The notes: a model not told the origin generated them from the letters alone. A stretch of 64,000 nt of DNA from Planctomycetota bacterium (GCA_038231435.1 JBBRLJ010000001.1:96001-160000); one strand, 5' to 3'. Positions 8,818-18,453 are shown, counted from the stretch's first letter. Numbers and translations: made by a program.

Positions 8818-10080
8818 ATGGCGACCCGTCTGCTTCCCGACCATCCCCATCTCGATCAGCTCAAGCGTCAGGCCAAGGAGCTGCTGCACGATCACCGGGC
8901 GGGCGATCCGGCGGCCTTCTCCCTCATCGCCGAATTCCTGCCCCCGCTGTCGCGGCCGCTCGCGCTCGCCGATGCGCAGCACGCGATCGCGCGGCGCTAT
9001 TCATTCCGCTCATGGGCGAAGCTCAAGGAGTTCATCGACACCTACGACGCCTCTGGCGTCTCGCCTGCGGCCGCGCGCCTGCGGCAGGCGATCGACGCCG
9101 ACCAGATCGCGCTGATGGCGCGCCTGCTCGACGATGAACCCGAGCTGATCGACGAGCCGGTGGCACGCGCGAAGATCCGCTACCGCAACCAGCGACCGCT
9201 GACCTACGCGTGCCAGAGCAACCACCCACGCGCGGTCGCGTTGCTGCTCGAACGCGGCGCCGATCCGGCGGCCGACGGATACCTTGCGGTGGCACGCGCG
9301 TCGATGAACGACGGCCAGCTGCCCTGCCTCGAGCTGCTGTTCGCGCGTGGGCTCGATCCGAACCTTGAGGTCTACGACTGGGGACCGCTGCTGCTCTATC
9401 CGTGCGAGTGCCTGGCCCCGGGCGTGATCCGCTTCCTGCTCGAGCGCGGCGCCGATCCGAACCGCTCCGATCCGCAGGCCCGCTGCACCCAGACTCCGCT
9501 GGCGATGGTGATGGATACCTACGCGCGGTCGCCAGCCCAGGCACGCTGCCTCGAGGCGCTGATCGCTGGCGGGGCGAGGTTCGAGGATTCGCCGGTGATG
9601 GACGTGCATCGCAACCGCCTCGACGCGCTGGCGCGGCGGCTCGATGCCGAACCGGGCCTCGTCCACCGGCGGTTCCCAGGCCTGGACTATGGCCGCACCG
9701 CCCACCGCGGCCTGACCGCGTCCGGCGGCACGCTGCTGCACGTGGCGGCGGAATTCTGCGTGGTGGAGGTCGCGAGACTGCTGCTGTCGCGCGGCGCCGA
9801 CGTCGATGCCCGAGCGGAGATCGATGCCGACGGGCATGGCGGCCAGACGCCGCTCTTCCACGCGGCATCGCACTACCACGATTGGGGAGTGGAGATGGTC
9901 GGACTGCTGCTCGAGCACCGCACCGATACCAGCACGCGCTGCACGCTGCGCGGCCACATCGAGCATCCCGGCGAATACGTGAGCTGCACCGCCCTCGGGT
10001 ATGCGCAGCGCTTTCCGCCCGAACGCGCCGACTCCGATCCGACCTTGGCGCTGCTGCGCGGGGCATGCGCACCCGCCTGA
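8818..10080 (+). CDS. ankyrin repeat protein with N-terminal LPxxPxLxQLKRQAKELL helical domain
   Basis: Multiple ankyrin repeats (LLLERGADP, GGTLLHVAAE, GQTPLFHAA); strong SD AAGGAGGT at 8806-8813. Confidence 0.88.
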   Translation: MATRLLPDHPHLDQLKRQAKELLHDHRAGDPAAFSLIAEFLPPLSRPLALADAQHAIARRYSFRSWAKLKEFIDTYDASGVSPAAARLRQAIDADQIALMARLLDDEPELIDEPVARAKIRYRNQRPLTYACQSNHPRAVALLLERGADPAADGYLAVARASMNDGQLPCLELLFARGLDPNLEVYDWGPLLLYPCECLAPGVIRFLLERGADPNRSDPQARCTQTPLAMVMDTYARSPAQARCLEALIAGGARFEDSPVMDVHRNRLDALARRLDAEPGLVHRRFPGLDYGRTAHRGLTASGGTLLHVAAEFCVVEVARLLLSRGADVDARAEIDADGHGGQTPLFHAASHYHDWGVEMVGLLLEHRTDTSTRCTLRGHIEHPGEYVSCTALGYAQRFPPERADSDPTLALLRGACAPA

Positions 10081-10081
10081 A

Positions 10082-10115
10082 CGCTCCCTCGACCCGAGAA
10101 CGGGTCGAGGGAGCG
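10082..10115 (+). terminator. perfect 15-bp hairpin after the ankyrin gene (terminator or RNA-stability element)
   Basis: CGCTCCCTCGACCCG-AGAA-CGGGTCGAGGGAGCG directly after the stop codon; no U-tract. Confidence 0.55.
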
Positions 10116-10163
10116 ATGGAGTCGCGCTTGGAGGAGGGCCGCCGATGCCATACTCGCGGTTCG

Positions 10164-11141
10164 ATGCCCCTGCTTACCTTGCGCCCCACGCTCGTCCTGC
10201 TCATCGCTGCTCTCGCCGGCTGCGGCGGGCATTCCGCCCTCGACCAGCCCGGGTGGCATCAGGGCGTGGTGGAGCACGACCAACGCGAGCTCGGCTTCGA
10301 GATCGCCGGCACGGTACGGTCGGTGACGGTGACGCGCGGCGCGCCGGTCGACCGCGACCAGGCGCTCGCCGAACTCGATGACCGGCTCGAAACCGCAGCG
10401 ATCGCGCAACGCGAGGCCGAGGTGCGTGTCGCCGAGGCGCGGCTCGCGCTCGTCGCCGCCGGTCCGCGCGCCCAGGATATCGCGATCGCGCGCGCCCAGG
10501 CCGAGTCGGCCGGAGTCTCCGCCGAGGTCGCTGGCGCCGAATTCGAGCGCCAGCGGGCCATCGCCGCGCAGAAGGCCCTGTCGGCGAGCGAGCTCGACCT
10601 GGCGCGCGGACGCCTGGCCGAGGCCACCGCCAACCGTGTCTCCGCCGAGCAGCGTCTGGCCACGGCGGTCGAAGGCGCACGGCCCGAGGAGAAGGCCGAG
10701 GCACAGGCCGCGCTCGAGGCCGCCCAGGCCACACTCGCCTTCGAGCGCGAGCGACTCGCCCGCCACTGGCTGCATGCGCCGATCGCCGGCCGCGTGGTCG
10801 AGGTCGCCGTCGATCCGGGCGAAGCCGCGCTGCCGGGGCGCGTGGTGTTGACCATTGCCGACACGCGCCACCCCTACATCGACGCCTATGTTCCCGAGAA
10901 GCAGCTCGCCGGCCTCGCCATCGGCGGCCACGCCCAAGCGCGCATCGACGGCGATGACCGCGTCTTCTCGGGCACCATCGAGGACATCGGCCGCCAGCTC
11001 GAGTACACGCCGCGCTTCCTGTTCAGCCCCGCCGATCGGCCGAACCTGGTGATGCGCGTGCGCGTGCGCGTCGACGATGCCGACGAACGCCTGCATGCAG
11101 GCGTGCCCGCCGCCGTGCGCTTCGGCGACGACGTGAAATGA
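10164..11141 (+). CDS. HlyD-family periplasmic adaptor subunit (YbhG-like), probable lipoprotein
   Basis: Lipobox-like LAGC, lipoyl halves (IAGTV, APIAGRV), coiled coil, EYTPRFL motif; coupled to ABC genes. Confidence 0.88.
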   Translation: MPLLTLRPTLVLLIAALAGCGGHSALDQPGWHQGVVEHDQRELGFEIAGTVRSVTVTRGAPVDRDQALAELDDRLETAAIAQREAEVRVAEARLALVAAGPRAQDIAIARAQAESAGVSAEVAGAEFERQRAIAAQKALSASELDLARGRLAEATANRVSAEQRLATAVEGARPEEKAEAQAALEAAQATLAFERERLARHWLHAPIAGRVVEVAVDPGEAALPGRVVLTIADTRHPYIDAYVPEKQLAGLAIGGHAQARIDGDDRVFSGTIEDIGRQLEYTPRFLFSPADRPNLVMRVRVRVDDADERLHAGVPAAVRFGDDVK

Positions 11142-12085
11142 CCGCCGGCGCGGGCGAGAGCGTGGTGGCAACCCGCGCCCTGTCCCGGCGCTTCGGCGAC
11201 CTGGTGGCGGTGCGCGGCATCGACCTCGACATCCGTCGTGGCGAGGTATTCGGGGTGCTCGGGCCCAATGGCGCCGGGAAATCGACGCTCATCCGCATGC
11301 TGTGCGGGATCCTCGCGCCCAGCTCAGGATCCGGCACAGTACTCGGCCTGGACGTGGCGACGCAATCGGAGCGTATCAAGGAGCGGATCGGCTACATGTC
11401 GCAGCGCTTCTCGCTCTACGAGGATCTCACCGTCGAGGAGAACCTGCGCTTCTACGCTGGCCTCTACGGCCTGCCATTCATCGGCAAGCGGCCGCAGGTG
11501 CACGAGACCCTCGCCCGCATCGGCCTCCAGGACCGCCGATCACAGCTGGCCGGCACGCTTTCGGGAGGATGGAAGCAGCGCCTGGCGCTGGCCTGCTCCA
11601 CCATCCATTCGCCGCCGCTGCTGTTTCTCGACGAGCCGACCGCTGGTGTCGATCCGGTGAGCCGCCGTGCCTTCTGGGACCAGATCCACCGCATCGCGCA
11701 CGACGGCACCACCGTGCTGGTCACCACCCACTACATGGACGAGGCCGAACGCTGCCACCGCATCGCGTTCATCTTCCGCGGCATGCTCATGGACGTCGGT
11801 ACGCCGGATGAGGTGGTCGATCGGCGCAGACTGTCGGTGTGCGAGATCGAATCTGGCGATCCCGCGGCCGCGGCCGCGGTGCTCTCGGCGACCGCGGGGA
11901 TCGCCGATGTCTCGTTCTTCGGGCGTAGCCTGCGCGTCACCGCGCGCGACGGCGTCGATGCCGCCGCGTCAGCGGTCACGGCACTGGCGGCGGCAGGGAT
12001 CTCGACGCCGGCGCCCCGGCCGCGTCGCGCAACGGTCGAGGATGCGTTCATCTCGCTGGTGCGCACCGAGGAACGCACGTCATGA
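11138..12085 (+). CDS. ABC transporter ATP-binding protein (YbhF-like)
   Basis: Walker A GPNGAGKS, signature LSGGWKQR, Walker B LLFLDEPT, H-loop TTHYM. Confidence 0.93.
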   Translation: MTAGAGESVVATRALSRRFGDLVAVRGIDLDIRRGEVFGVLGPNGAGKSTLIRMLCGILAPSSGSGTVLGLDVATQSERIKERIGYMSQRFSLYEDLTVEENLRFYAGLYGLPFIGKRPQVHETLARIGLQDRRSQLAGTLSGGWKQRLALACSTIHSPPLLFLDEPTAGVDPVSRRAFWDQIHRIAHDGTTVLVTTHYMDEAERCHRIAFIFRGMLMDVGTPDEVVDRRRLSVCEIESGDPAAAAAVLSATAGIADVSFFGRSLRVTARDGVDAAASAVTALAAAGISTPAPRPRRATVEDAFISLVRTEERTS

Positions 12086-13212
12086 GGCGGTTGCTCGCCG
12101 TCGCCTGGAAGGAGATGCGCCAGCTGATGCGCGATCGCCTCACCGCGGGCATGATGCTGGGCATCCCGGCGCTGCAGTTCCTGCTCTTCGGCTACGCTAT
12201 CAACACCGATGTGCGGCACCTGCCGCTCGCGGTGCTCGATCGCGATCGCACGCCCGCGTCGCGCGAACTCGCGCGGGCCCTGACCGTGACCGGCTACTTC
12301 GACATCGCCGGCGCCGTCGAGGACGACGCCCAGGTCGAACGCGCCCTGCGCATCGGCGGAGCGCGCGCCGCGCTGGTCATCCTGCCCGGATTCTCAGCGG
12401 ATCTCGCATCCGGACGCGGAGCGCGCGCACAGCTGGTGGTGGACGGCACAGACCCCCTCACCGTCACCAGCGCGAGCAACGCCGCGGTTGGATTGGCCTC
12501 GGCGCGCTCGGTGGCGCTGATGGTCCAGCGCCAGGCGGTCAGCGGCGGAGCAGCCGGAGGATCGGCGCAGCCGGCATTGACGATCGAACCGACGGTGTGG
12601 TACAACCCCGAGCTGCGCACCGCCGTCTACATCGTGCCCGGACTGGTGGGGGTGATCCTCACCCTGACCATGGTGATGATGACGGCGATGGCGATCGCGC
12701 GCGAGCGCGAACGCGGCACGCTCGAGGCGTTGGTGGTGTCTCCGGTCCGGCGCATCGAGCTGATCGGCGGCAAGATCCTCCCTTACATCGTGCTCGGCTA
12801 TCTGCAGATGACGCTGGTCCTGCTGCTCGGCTGGTGGCTCTTCGACATCCCGCTCGCGCGCCTAGGCTCGCTCTATCTCGCGGCGCTGCTGTTCATCGCC
12901 GACAACCTCTCGATCGGCCTGCTGTTCTCGACCCTCGCGAGCACCCAGGGCCAGGCGATGCAGATGTCGTTCTTCTTCCTGCTGCCCAACATCCTGCTCA
13001 GCGGCTTCATGTTCCCGCTCGCTGGCATGCCTGCCCCGATCGCGGCGGTGGCCGAGATCCTGCCGCTGACGCATTTCCTGCGCATCGTGCGCGGGCTCGA
13101 GCTCAAGGGCGCGACGCTCCTCGACTTCGGCGGCGACCTGCTGGCATTGGCCGTGGCGCTCACCGTGCTGGTGGCGCTGAGCACATGGCGCTTCCAGAAG
13201 CGCTTGGCCTGA
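12082..13212 (+). CDS. ABC-2 type transporter permease (YbhR/YbhS-like)
   Basis: LFGYAINTDV, WYNPEL, IARERERGTLE, LSGFMFP motifs; ATGA overlap with ATPase. Confidence 0.92.
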   Translation: MRRLLAVAWKEMRQLMRDRLTAGMMLGIPALQFLLFGYAINTDVRHLPLAVLDRDRTPASRELARALTVTGYFDIAGAVEDDAQVERALRIGGARAALVILPGFSADLASGRGARAQLVVDGTDPLTVTSASNAAVGLASARSVALMVQRQAVSGGAAGGSAQPALTIEPTVWYNPELRTAVYIVPGLVGVILTLTMVMMTAMAIARERERGTLEALVVSPVRRIELIGGKILPYIVLGYLQMTLVLLLGWWLFDIPLARLGSLYLAALLFIADNLSIGLLFSTLASTQGQAMQMSFFFLLPNILLSGFMFPLAGMPAPIAAVAEILPLTHFLRIVRGLELKGATLLDFGGDLLALAVALTVLVALSTWRFQKRLA

Positions 13213-13284
13213 TCACGCCGGATACGGCTAACGGTCCTGATTCCAGCCGTTTGCACGTTCCCCCGAGGGGGGGTCGCCATGCCA

Positions 13285-13313
13285 TTGGTCGGCCGCGGCC
13301 CGAGCGCTACGAT
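13285..13313 (+). promoter_or_regulatory. candidate leaderless sigma70 promoter TTGGTC-N17-TACGAT-N6-ATG
   Basis: Spacing puts the TSS at the ATG (13320); no SD present. Confidence 0.5.
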
Positions 13314-13319
13314 GGCGTC

Positions 13320-14135
13320 ATGGATCTCGCGCGCATCGCGACGTGCCTCGAACGGCGCCCGCTCGGTTTCGAACTCGGACTTCGCCATCACGTTCCCGTC
13401 CACGAGCCCTACTGGGAGAGCCATGAGGGCCTCGAGATCGCGCTGCACGTGTCCGGATCCGGCGTGGTCGACCTGGGCGATGGCGCAACGAACGCGTTCG
13501 GCCCAGGCTGCATCGAGGTCTACGCCCCGCGCATGCGCCATCGCCAGGTGATGGCGCGCGGCGGCGACGACTGCTTCGTCCGGGCAGCGCCCATGCCCGA
13601 GCTCGAGGCGGTCCTGACCGGGAACCTGTTCATGCCGCGCCCGCCCGATGCGCTTGCCGAGCACGATCTGCGTGCGCTCTCCGACGCGCCCACTCGGCCG
13701 ACGCGCATCCAGCTCGCCGAGTTCGGCCACCGCATGACCGCGCTGCTCCTGCGCCTGTTGTCGCACGCCGAGACGCGACCGGCTGGAGCCCGCCTCCTGC
13801 CCCCCGCCCCGCGTCCTGGGAAGGTGCTCGCGCGCGAAGCCCAACGCTACATCGACGACCACGTCGCGACCATCGATCGGATCGAGGAGATCGCCGACGC
13901 GCTCGGCATCAGCCACGACCGTCTCAGACATGTCTTCACCCGCGAATCCGGGCGCAGCCTGGTCAGGGCCTTGATGGAGGCCCGCGTCGTGCGCGCCAGC
14001 GACCTCCTGACCACGACCGATCTGCCGCTGGCAGCGGTGGCGTCGTGCTGCGGCCTGCACAGCGAAAGCTACCTCTGCCGCGTCTTCCGCCAGGTCCGCG
14101 GCTGCTCGCCCGCCTCGTTGCGCGCTCGCGCCTGA
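13320..14135 (+). CDS. AraC family transcriptional regulator
   Basis: N-terminal cupin (HEGLEIALH) and C-terminal double HTH (IADALGISHDRLRHVF...CGLHSESYLCRVFRQVRGCSP). Confidence 0.88.
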   Translation: MDLARIATCLERRPLGFELGLRHHVPVHEPYWESHEGLEIALHVSGSGVVDLGDGATNAFGPGCIEVYAPRMRHRQVMARGGDDCFVRAAPMPELEAVLTGNLFMPRPPDALAEHDLRALSDAPTRPTRIQLAEFGHRMTALLLRLLSHAETRPAGARLLPPAPRPGKVLAREAQRYIDDHVATIDRIEEIADALGISHDRLRHVFTRESGRSLVRALMEARVVRASDLLTTTDLPLAAVASCCGLHSESYLCRVFRQVRGCSPASLRARA

Positions 14136-14150
14136 TCGGATCAGCGACGG

Positions 14151-14209
14151 CCGACACCGCATCTGTGCGCCCGAAACGTGCAATCCCCAGCCGATAGGTG
14201 CGATTGCAA
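14151..14209 (+). promoter_or_regulatory. candidate AraC-type tandem operator overlapping a -35 (TTGCAA)
   Basis: CCGA-initiated repeats at 14151, 14171 and 14191 (20-bp period); CCGAaAcGTGCaAT vs CCGAtAgGTGCgAT. Confidence 0.45.
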
Positions 14210-14237
14210 GACGTCCGCATGTCGACATCACCTGGGC

Positions 14238-15134
14238 ATGATCACCACGTCAATCGCCGACAGCAGCGCCTCTTCCCCAACGCCGTCCCCCTCCGCCATG
14301 GATTCCGAGCGCCTCGCGTCGTTCGTCGAGAATGGCTGGGCGATCATCCCCGGCGCACACGATCGGCGTTGGATCGACACCATGCGCGCGCGCTTCCCGG
14401 TGCTGCGCGAGCGCCAGCCGAGCGCGAACGGCTGGAAGCACTTCATGATCGCGGACGTGGTCGAGGCCGAACCGGAACTCTGCATCGAGGCTGCGATGAA
14501 GCCGGCGGTGCTCGATTTCGCCGAGTTGCTGATCGGACCGCACGTGCAGCTCGAGTCAGTCACCTTCGCCGGCTTCGCCCCCGACCCAGCCGCGGCGGAT
14601 CCGCAGCGCGTATCGGGCTGGCACCGCGATCTCTTCGCCTGCTATCCCCAGGAAGGCCACTACCAGCGGCCGACCCTGTTCAACGCCATGGTCTATCTGC
14701 AGGATCTCACCGACGAGATCGGCCCCCTGCGCGTGATTGCCGGATCGCATCGCCGCGCGATGACCGTCGCACCCGGGAGCCAGGACCGCCGCCACCCTGA
14801 AGAGGTGGTGCTGTATCCGCAAGCCGGGGACGCGGTGGTCTTCCACCACGCGCTCCTGCATTCCGGGTCGCTCAATCGCGGCACCGACACGCGCTACTTC
14901 TTCGCCACGACCTACAACCACCAGTGGATGAAATTCCGCGCCAACTACAGCGGCCCGGCGTGCCAGGCGGTGATCCGCATCGCGCGCGAGCGCGGCGACC
15001 GCCGCCTGCTGCGCCTGCTGGGCGTCGACGATCAGCTCTGGGACCGCGCCGGAGATTGGGCGATGCAGCCGGACGAGGCGCGCTGGGAGCGCTGGCGCGC
15101 CGAGGACCGCGCTGCGCTGGTGACGCGGTCGTAA
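14238..15134 (+). CDS. phytanoyl-CoA dioxygenase (PhyH) family Fe(II)/2OG oxygenase
   Basis: GWHRD (HxD), GPLRVIAGSH, AGDAVVFHHALLHSG..N...R; alternative start at 14298. Confidence 0.88.
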   Translation: MITTSIADSSASSPTPSPSAMDSERLASFVENGWAIIPGAHDRRWIDTMRARFPVLRERQPSANGWKHFMIADVVEAEPELCIEAAMKPAVLDFAELLIGPHVQLESVTFAGFAPDPAAADPQRVSGWHRDLFACYPQEGHYQRPTLFNAMVYLQDLTDEIGPLRVIAGSHRRAMTVAPGSQDRRHPEEVVLYPQAGDAVVFHHALLHSGSLNRGTDTRYFFATTYNHQWMKFRANYSGPACQAVIRIARERGDRRLLRLLGVDDQLWDRAGDWAMQPDEARWERWRAEDRAALVTRS

Positions 15135-15177
15135 CGTTCGGCATTCCCAGGGATTCGCCCTTCCTGCGGGCGGGTCC

Positions 15178-16326
15178 CTACGGGTTCGCTGAAAGCGCCG
15201 CGCCTGTCTCCGCGTGAGGCGCGGACGGGATGCGCAGCTCGAGCTGCTCGCCAGGCAGCAGGTCGCCGGAATCGACCAGGGAGAAACGCAGGCAGCGCAC
15301 GCGCGTGTCGATCACATCCCCCGGAGCCCCGGAGGATTCACGTTTCGCACGCGCGACGGGCTCGATGAGCAGCACCTTCGCTGTCCAGGTGCGCGTCGGG
15401 TCGCCGCGACGCCAGGCGATCGCGTCGGCGGTACCCGCCCGCCATGCGTCGAGCGCATCCACCTCGGCGGTCAGGCGCAGGCGGGAGTCGTCGGCTAGAT
15501 CTAGCAGTCCGCCGCCCTCTGGCGCCACCCATTCACCGGCATGGACGGCGAGACGCATGATCTTGCCCGCGCGTGGAGCGTGGATGGTGCGCTGTGAGAG
15601 CGCGACGCGGGCGATCTCCACCGCCGACCGATCGGCGGCTGCGGTCGCCTCGGCAACCGCGATCGCGCTCACCGCCGCCTGCGCCTCTGCCTCGGCTACC
15701 GCGACATCGCGCGTCCAGCCGGGCGCGGCCGCCCGCAAGGCTTCCGCCGCGGCCTGGGCCGCGCGCGCGTCCGCGGCCTCGGCCTGGCGCGTACGCTCAG
15801 CCAGGTCGGCGGCCGGCACGATGCCGCGCGCCAGCTTCTGATAGCGTGCGAGTCGCTCGCGTGCCTCGGCTGCCTCGGCGCGCGCGACGCGTTCGGCCTC
15901 GGTCGCTGGCGCCACGTCTTCTGGACGCGGCTGCCCAGACACACGCGCGAGCCGGGCTTGCGCGATCGCGAGTTCTGCCCGGCGCAGGTCGACAATGATG
16001 GCAGCGGCGGACGCGATGCTTTCAGCGGCCTGGACGCGCGCGCGCGCCTCGGCGTCGTCGAGCACCACCAGCACATCCCCGGCCGCGACGCGCTGGCCGA
16101 CCACCACCTGGACCGCCGCGACCACGCCCGCCACCGCCGGCGCCACGCGTGTCGACTCGTCCAGTGGTTCCACCAGGCCGATCCCGTAGACGCCGCCCAC
16201 CGCAGGCTCGGACGATGCGATGGTCGGATCGGGGATCCGCGGCGAGCGCGCCGCGACCAGGGCGGCAAATCCCGCGCCTACGACGGCGAGGGCGGCGGTG
16301 ATACCGAGCGTGGCGCGGTTCCTCAT
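15178..16326 (-). CDS. HlyD/DevB-like membrane fusion protein of ABC exporter
   Basis: N-terminal TM, GIGLVEP, lipoyl motifs, long coiled coil, DTRV near the C-terminus. Confidence 0.85.
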   Translation of the reverse strand: MRNRATLGITAALAVVGAGFAALVAARSPRIPDPTIASSEPAVGGVYGIGLVEPLDESTRVAPAVAGVVAAVQVVVGQRVAAGDVLVVLDDAEARARVQAAESIASAAAIIVDLRRAELAIAQARLARVSGQPRPEDVAPATEAERVARAEAAEARERLARYQKLARGIVPAADLAERTRQAEAADARAAQAAAEALRAAAPGWTRDVAVAEAEAQAAVSAIAVAEATAAADRSAVEIARVALSQRTIHAPRAGKIMRLAVHAGEWVAPEGGGLLDLADDSRLRLTAEVDALDAWRAGTADAIAWRRGDPTRTWTAKVLLIEPVARAKRESSGAPGDVIDTRVRCLRFSLVDSGDLLPGEQLELRIPSAPHAETGAALSANP

Positions 16327-17201
16327 GGATGCTCCTTCCGCGTTCCCGCGGATGCGACTGATGCCGTGGATGCGGCTGGTGCGGTATCGGAATCGGGGGA
16401 TGTCACCACCGGTGGGGCGAGCTGGGCAAGTTGTGCGGCGTCCCCAAGGACCGGCGCGTCGGCGGATCCGTCGTCGTCACCGGCTCCGCCTGGCGTGGAG
16501 TCTCCCACTGGCAGCCGGCGGCGGACGATGCGCACAATGTGGCCATCCTCCATGGTGGCGATGCGATCGGCGAAGCCGTAGGCGCGCTGATCGTGCGTGA
16601 CCACGATCAACGTCCTCCCGCGTTCTGCCGCGAGCGAGCGCAGTAGGATCATGGCGCGGCGGCCGGTCGCCTGGTCGAGGGCGCTGGTCGGCTCGTCGCA
16701 CACCACCAGCGACGGCTCGTGGACGATGGCGCGCGCAATGGCGACGCGCTGCTGCTGACCGCCCGAGAGCTGCTGCGGATAGGTACCGAGCCGCGAACCC
16801 ATGCCTACCCGCTCGAGTACCATGGTCGCGCGCTCGCGTGCGACCATGCGGCTCATGCCGATCAAGAGCGCCGGCAGCTCGACGTTCTCGAGCGCGGTCA
16901 GGCCCGGGATCAGATTGAAGGCCTGGAAGACGAAACCGAGATGCCGCGCACGGAAATCAGCGAGCGCCCTGGGTGAGAGGCTGAAGGGACGCTCGCCCAG
17001 CACCTCCACCTCGCCGGCATCGGGACGTAGGATCGCGGCGAGCACCGACACCAGGGTGGTCTTGCCGCATCCCGACGGACCGATGACCATCATCAGCGCT
17101 CCGGCGGGCACCTCGAGCCGCACGCCGCGCAGGGCGCGCACCGACGCCTCGCCTGCGCCAAAGGATTTGCTCACGCCACTGAGTGAGGCGGCGGCTTGCA
17201 T
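16323..17201 (-). CDS. ABC exporter ATP-binding protein (DevA/LolD-like) with low-complexity C-terminal tail
   Basis: GPSGCGKTT, LGFVFQAFNL, LSGGQQQRVAIARA, CDEPTSALD, VTHD. Confidence 0.92.
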   Translation of the reverse strand: MQAAASLSGVSKSFGAGEASVRALRGVRLEVPAGALMMVIGPSGCGKTTLVSVLAAILRPDAGEVEVLGERPFSLSPRALADFRARHLGFVFQAFNLIPGLTALENVELPALLIGMSRMVARERATMVLERVGMGSRLGTYPQQLSGGQQQRVAIARAIVHEPSLVVCDEPTSALDQATGRRAMILLRSLAAERGRTLIVVTHDQRAYGFADRIATMEDGHIVRIVRRRLPVGDSTPGGAGDDDGSADAPVLGDAAQLAQLAPPVVTSPDSDTAPAASTASVASAGTRKEHP

Positions 17202-17202
17202 A

Positions 17203-18453
17203 TCAGCTCCGGAACACCGTCGCGGGATCGGCGCGCGTCGCCCGCCATCCGCCGAAGAGCGCGGCGATCACCACGATCACCACCGTCGCGCCCGCCGTGA
17301 GCGCAAACAATCCGGGGGTCAGGCGCGAGGCGAGGATGGTGCCGTGGACGGCGCGATCGAAGAGCGCCGCAAGGCCGATGCCGATCCCGTAGCCGAGCGC
17401 CCCCGCCGTGAGCGCCTGCGCGCAGACCATCGCCATGATCGTCCTGGTGCCCGCGCCCATGGCCTTGAGCGCGGCGAAATGACGCAGGTGATCATTGATG
17501 AACTGCAGGAAGGTCTGCCCGGCGATCGCCAGTCCCACTACGAAGCCGAGCCCGACGGCGATGGCGAAATTCGCAGGGATTCCGGTGTTTATCAGCAGGA
17601 AGATGAAATTCTCGTCGGAGAACGCGTCTCTAGTCAATGCCTTCAGCCCGGTCGCCGACGACACCGCGCGCGCCAGGCGCTCGTGATCGGCGCCAGGAAC
17701 GGCGCCGGCGAGGATGAAGCCCACCGAGCGCCGCTCCACCGCCTCATGGCGTCCGCGCGCGACCCAGATCACCGGCTGAAACTGGAAATTCCGCAGCGTG
17801 CGGCTGATGCCGACCACGGTCATCTCGCGTTCACCGACCGCCACGCGGTCGCCCACGCGCACCGGTATCCGGCTCGCTCCGGATCCGATCGCCAGATGGT
17901 CGGCAGCCTCGGCGTCGATCACCACCGCGTCTGGTCGCCGCAGGTCCTCAGCGTTCCCGGCTAGCATCGCGGTCGGCCCGCCGGCGAGCGTGCGTTCATC
18001 GATCGAGAACATCTGGCACTGCTCGTAGGTCCCGTCGCGGCGCCGCACCAGTTCGGGGCGCACGTTCAGCGCCGATGCCCAGGCCACGCCCTCCACCGAG
18101 GCCACGCGTCGCACGTCCGCAGGGCGCAGCGGCCACGAGATGGTGGTCATCTGCGCGTGCGGATCCGCCACCCACAAGTCGGCGCGCGAGGCGTCTACGG
18201 GATGCCGCGACAACTCCATCACGCCGAGGAACACGCCGAGCTGCTGGGTCATGAGCAGGGACGAGAATGCTATGCCGAAGACGATGCCCAGCAGCCTGGT
18301 GCGGTCGTAGACCAGCATCGACACCGCCTGGCGGAGCAGCCAGGGAGCCGACGGCGCAGCGGCGAGCTGGACATCGGAGGTCTCGACGACGGGCTCGACC
18401 CGGCCGCCGGAGACGCGGCGGACACGACCTCGCGACGGAGGACGCTGGCTCAC
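17203..18453 (-). CDS. ABC exporter permease (DevC/FtsX-like)
   Basis: MLVYDRTRLLGIVFGIAFSSLLMTQQ, ADLWV, FAALKAMGA, DPATVFR; GTG start overlaps the ThiF stop. Confidence 0.88.
   Translation of the reverse strand: MSQRPPSRGRVRRVSGGRVEPVVETSDVQLAAAPSAPWLLRQAVSMLVYDRTRLLGIVFGIAFSSLLMTQQLGVFLGVMELSRHPVDASRADLWVADPHAQMTTISWPLRPADVRRVASVEGVAWASALNVRPELVRRRDGTYEQCQMFSIDERTLAGGPTAMLAGNAEDLRRPDAVVIDAEAADHLAIGSGASRIPVRVGDRVAVGEREMTVVGISRTLRNFQFQPVIWVARGRHEAVERRSVGFILAGAVPGADHERLARAVSSATGLKALTRDAFSDENFIFLLINTGIPANFAIAVGLGFVVGLAIAGQTFLQFINDHLRHFAALKAMGAGTRTIMAMVCAQALTAGALGYGIGIGLAALFDRAVHGTILASRLTPGLFALTAGATVVIVVIAALFGGWRATRADPATVFRS

Noticed and set aside
9402..14135. Apparent long N-terminal extensions or fusions (9402..11141 HlyD; 11667..14135 AraC)
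   Set aside because: The extensions overlap genuine genes in other frames. Internal starts at 10164 and 13320 give normal-sized proteins.
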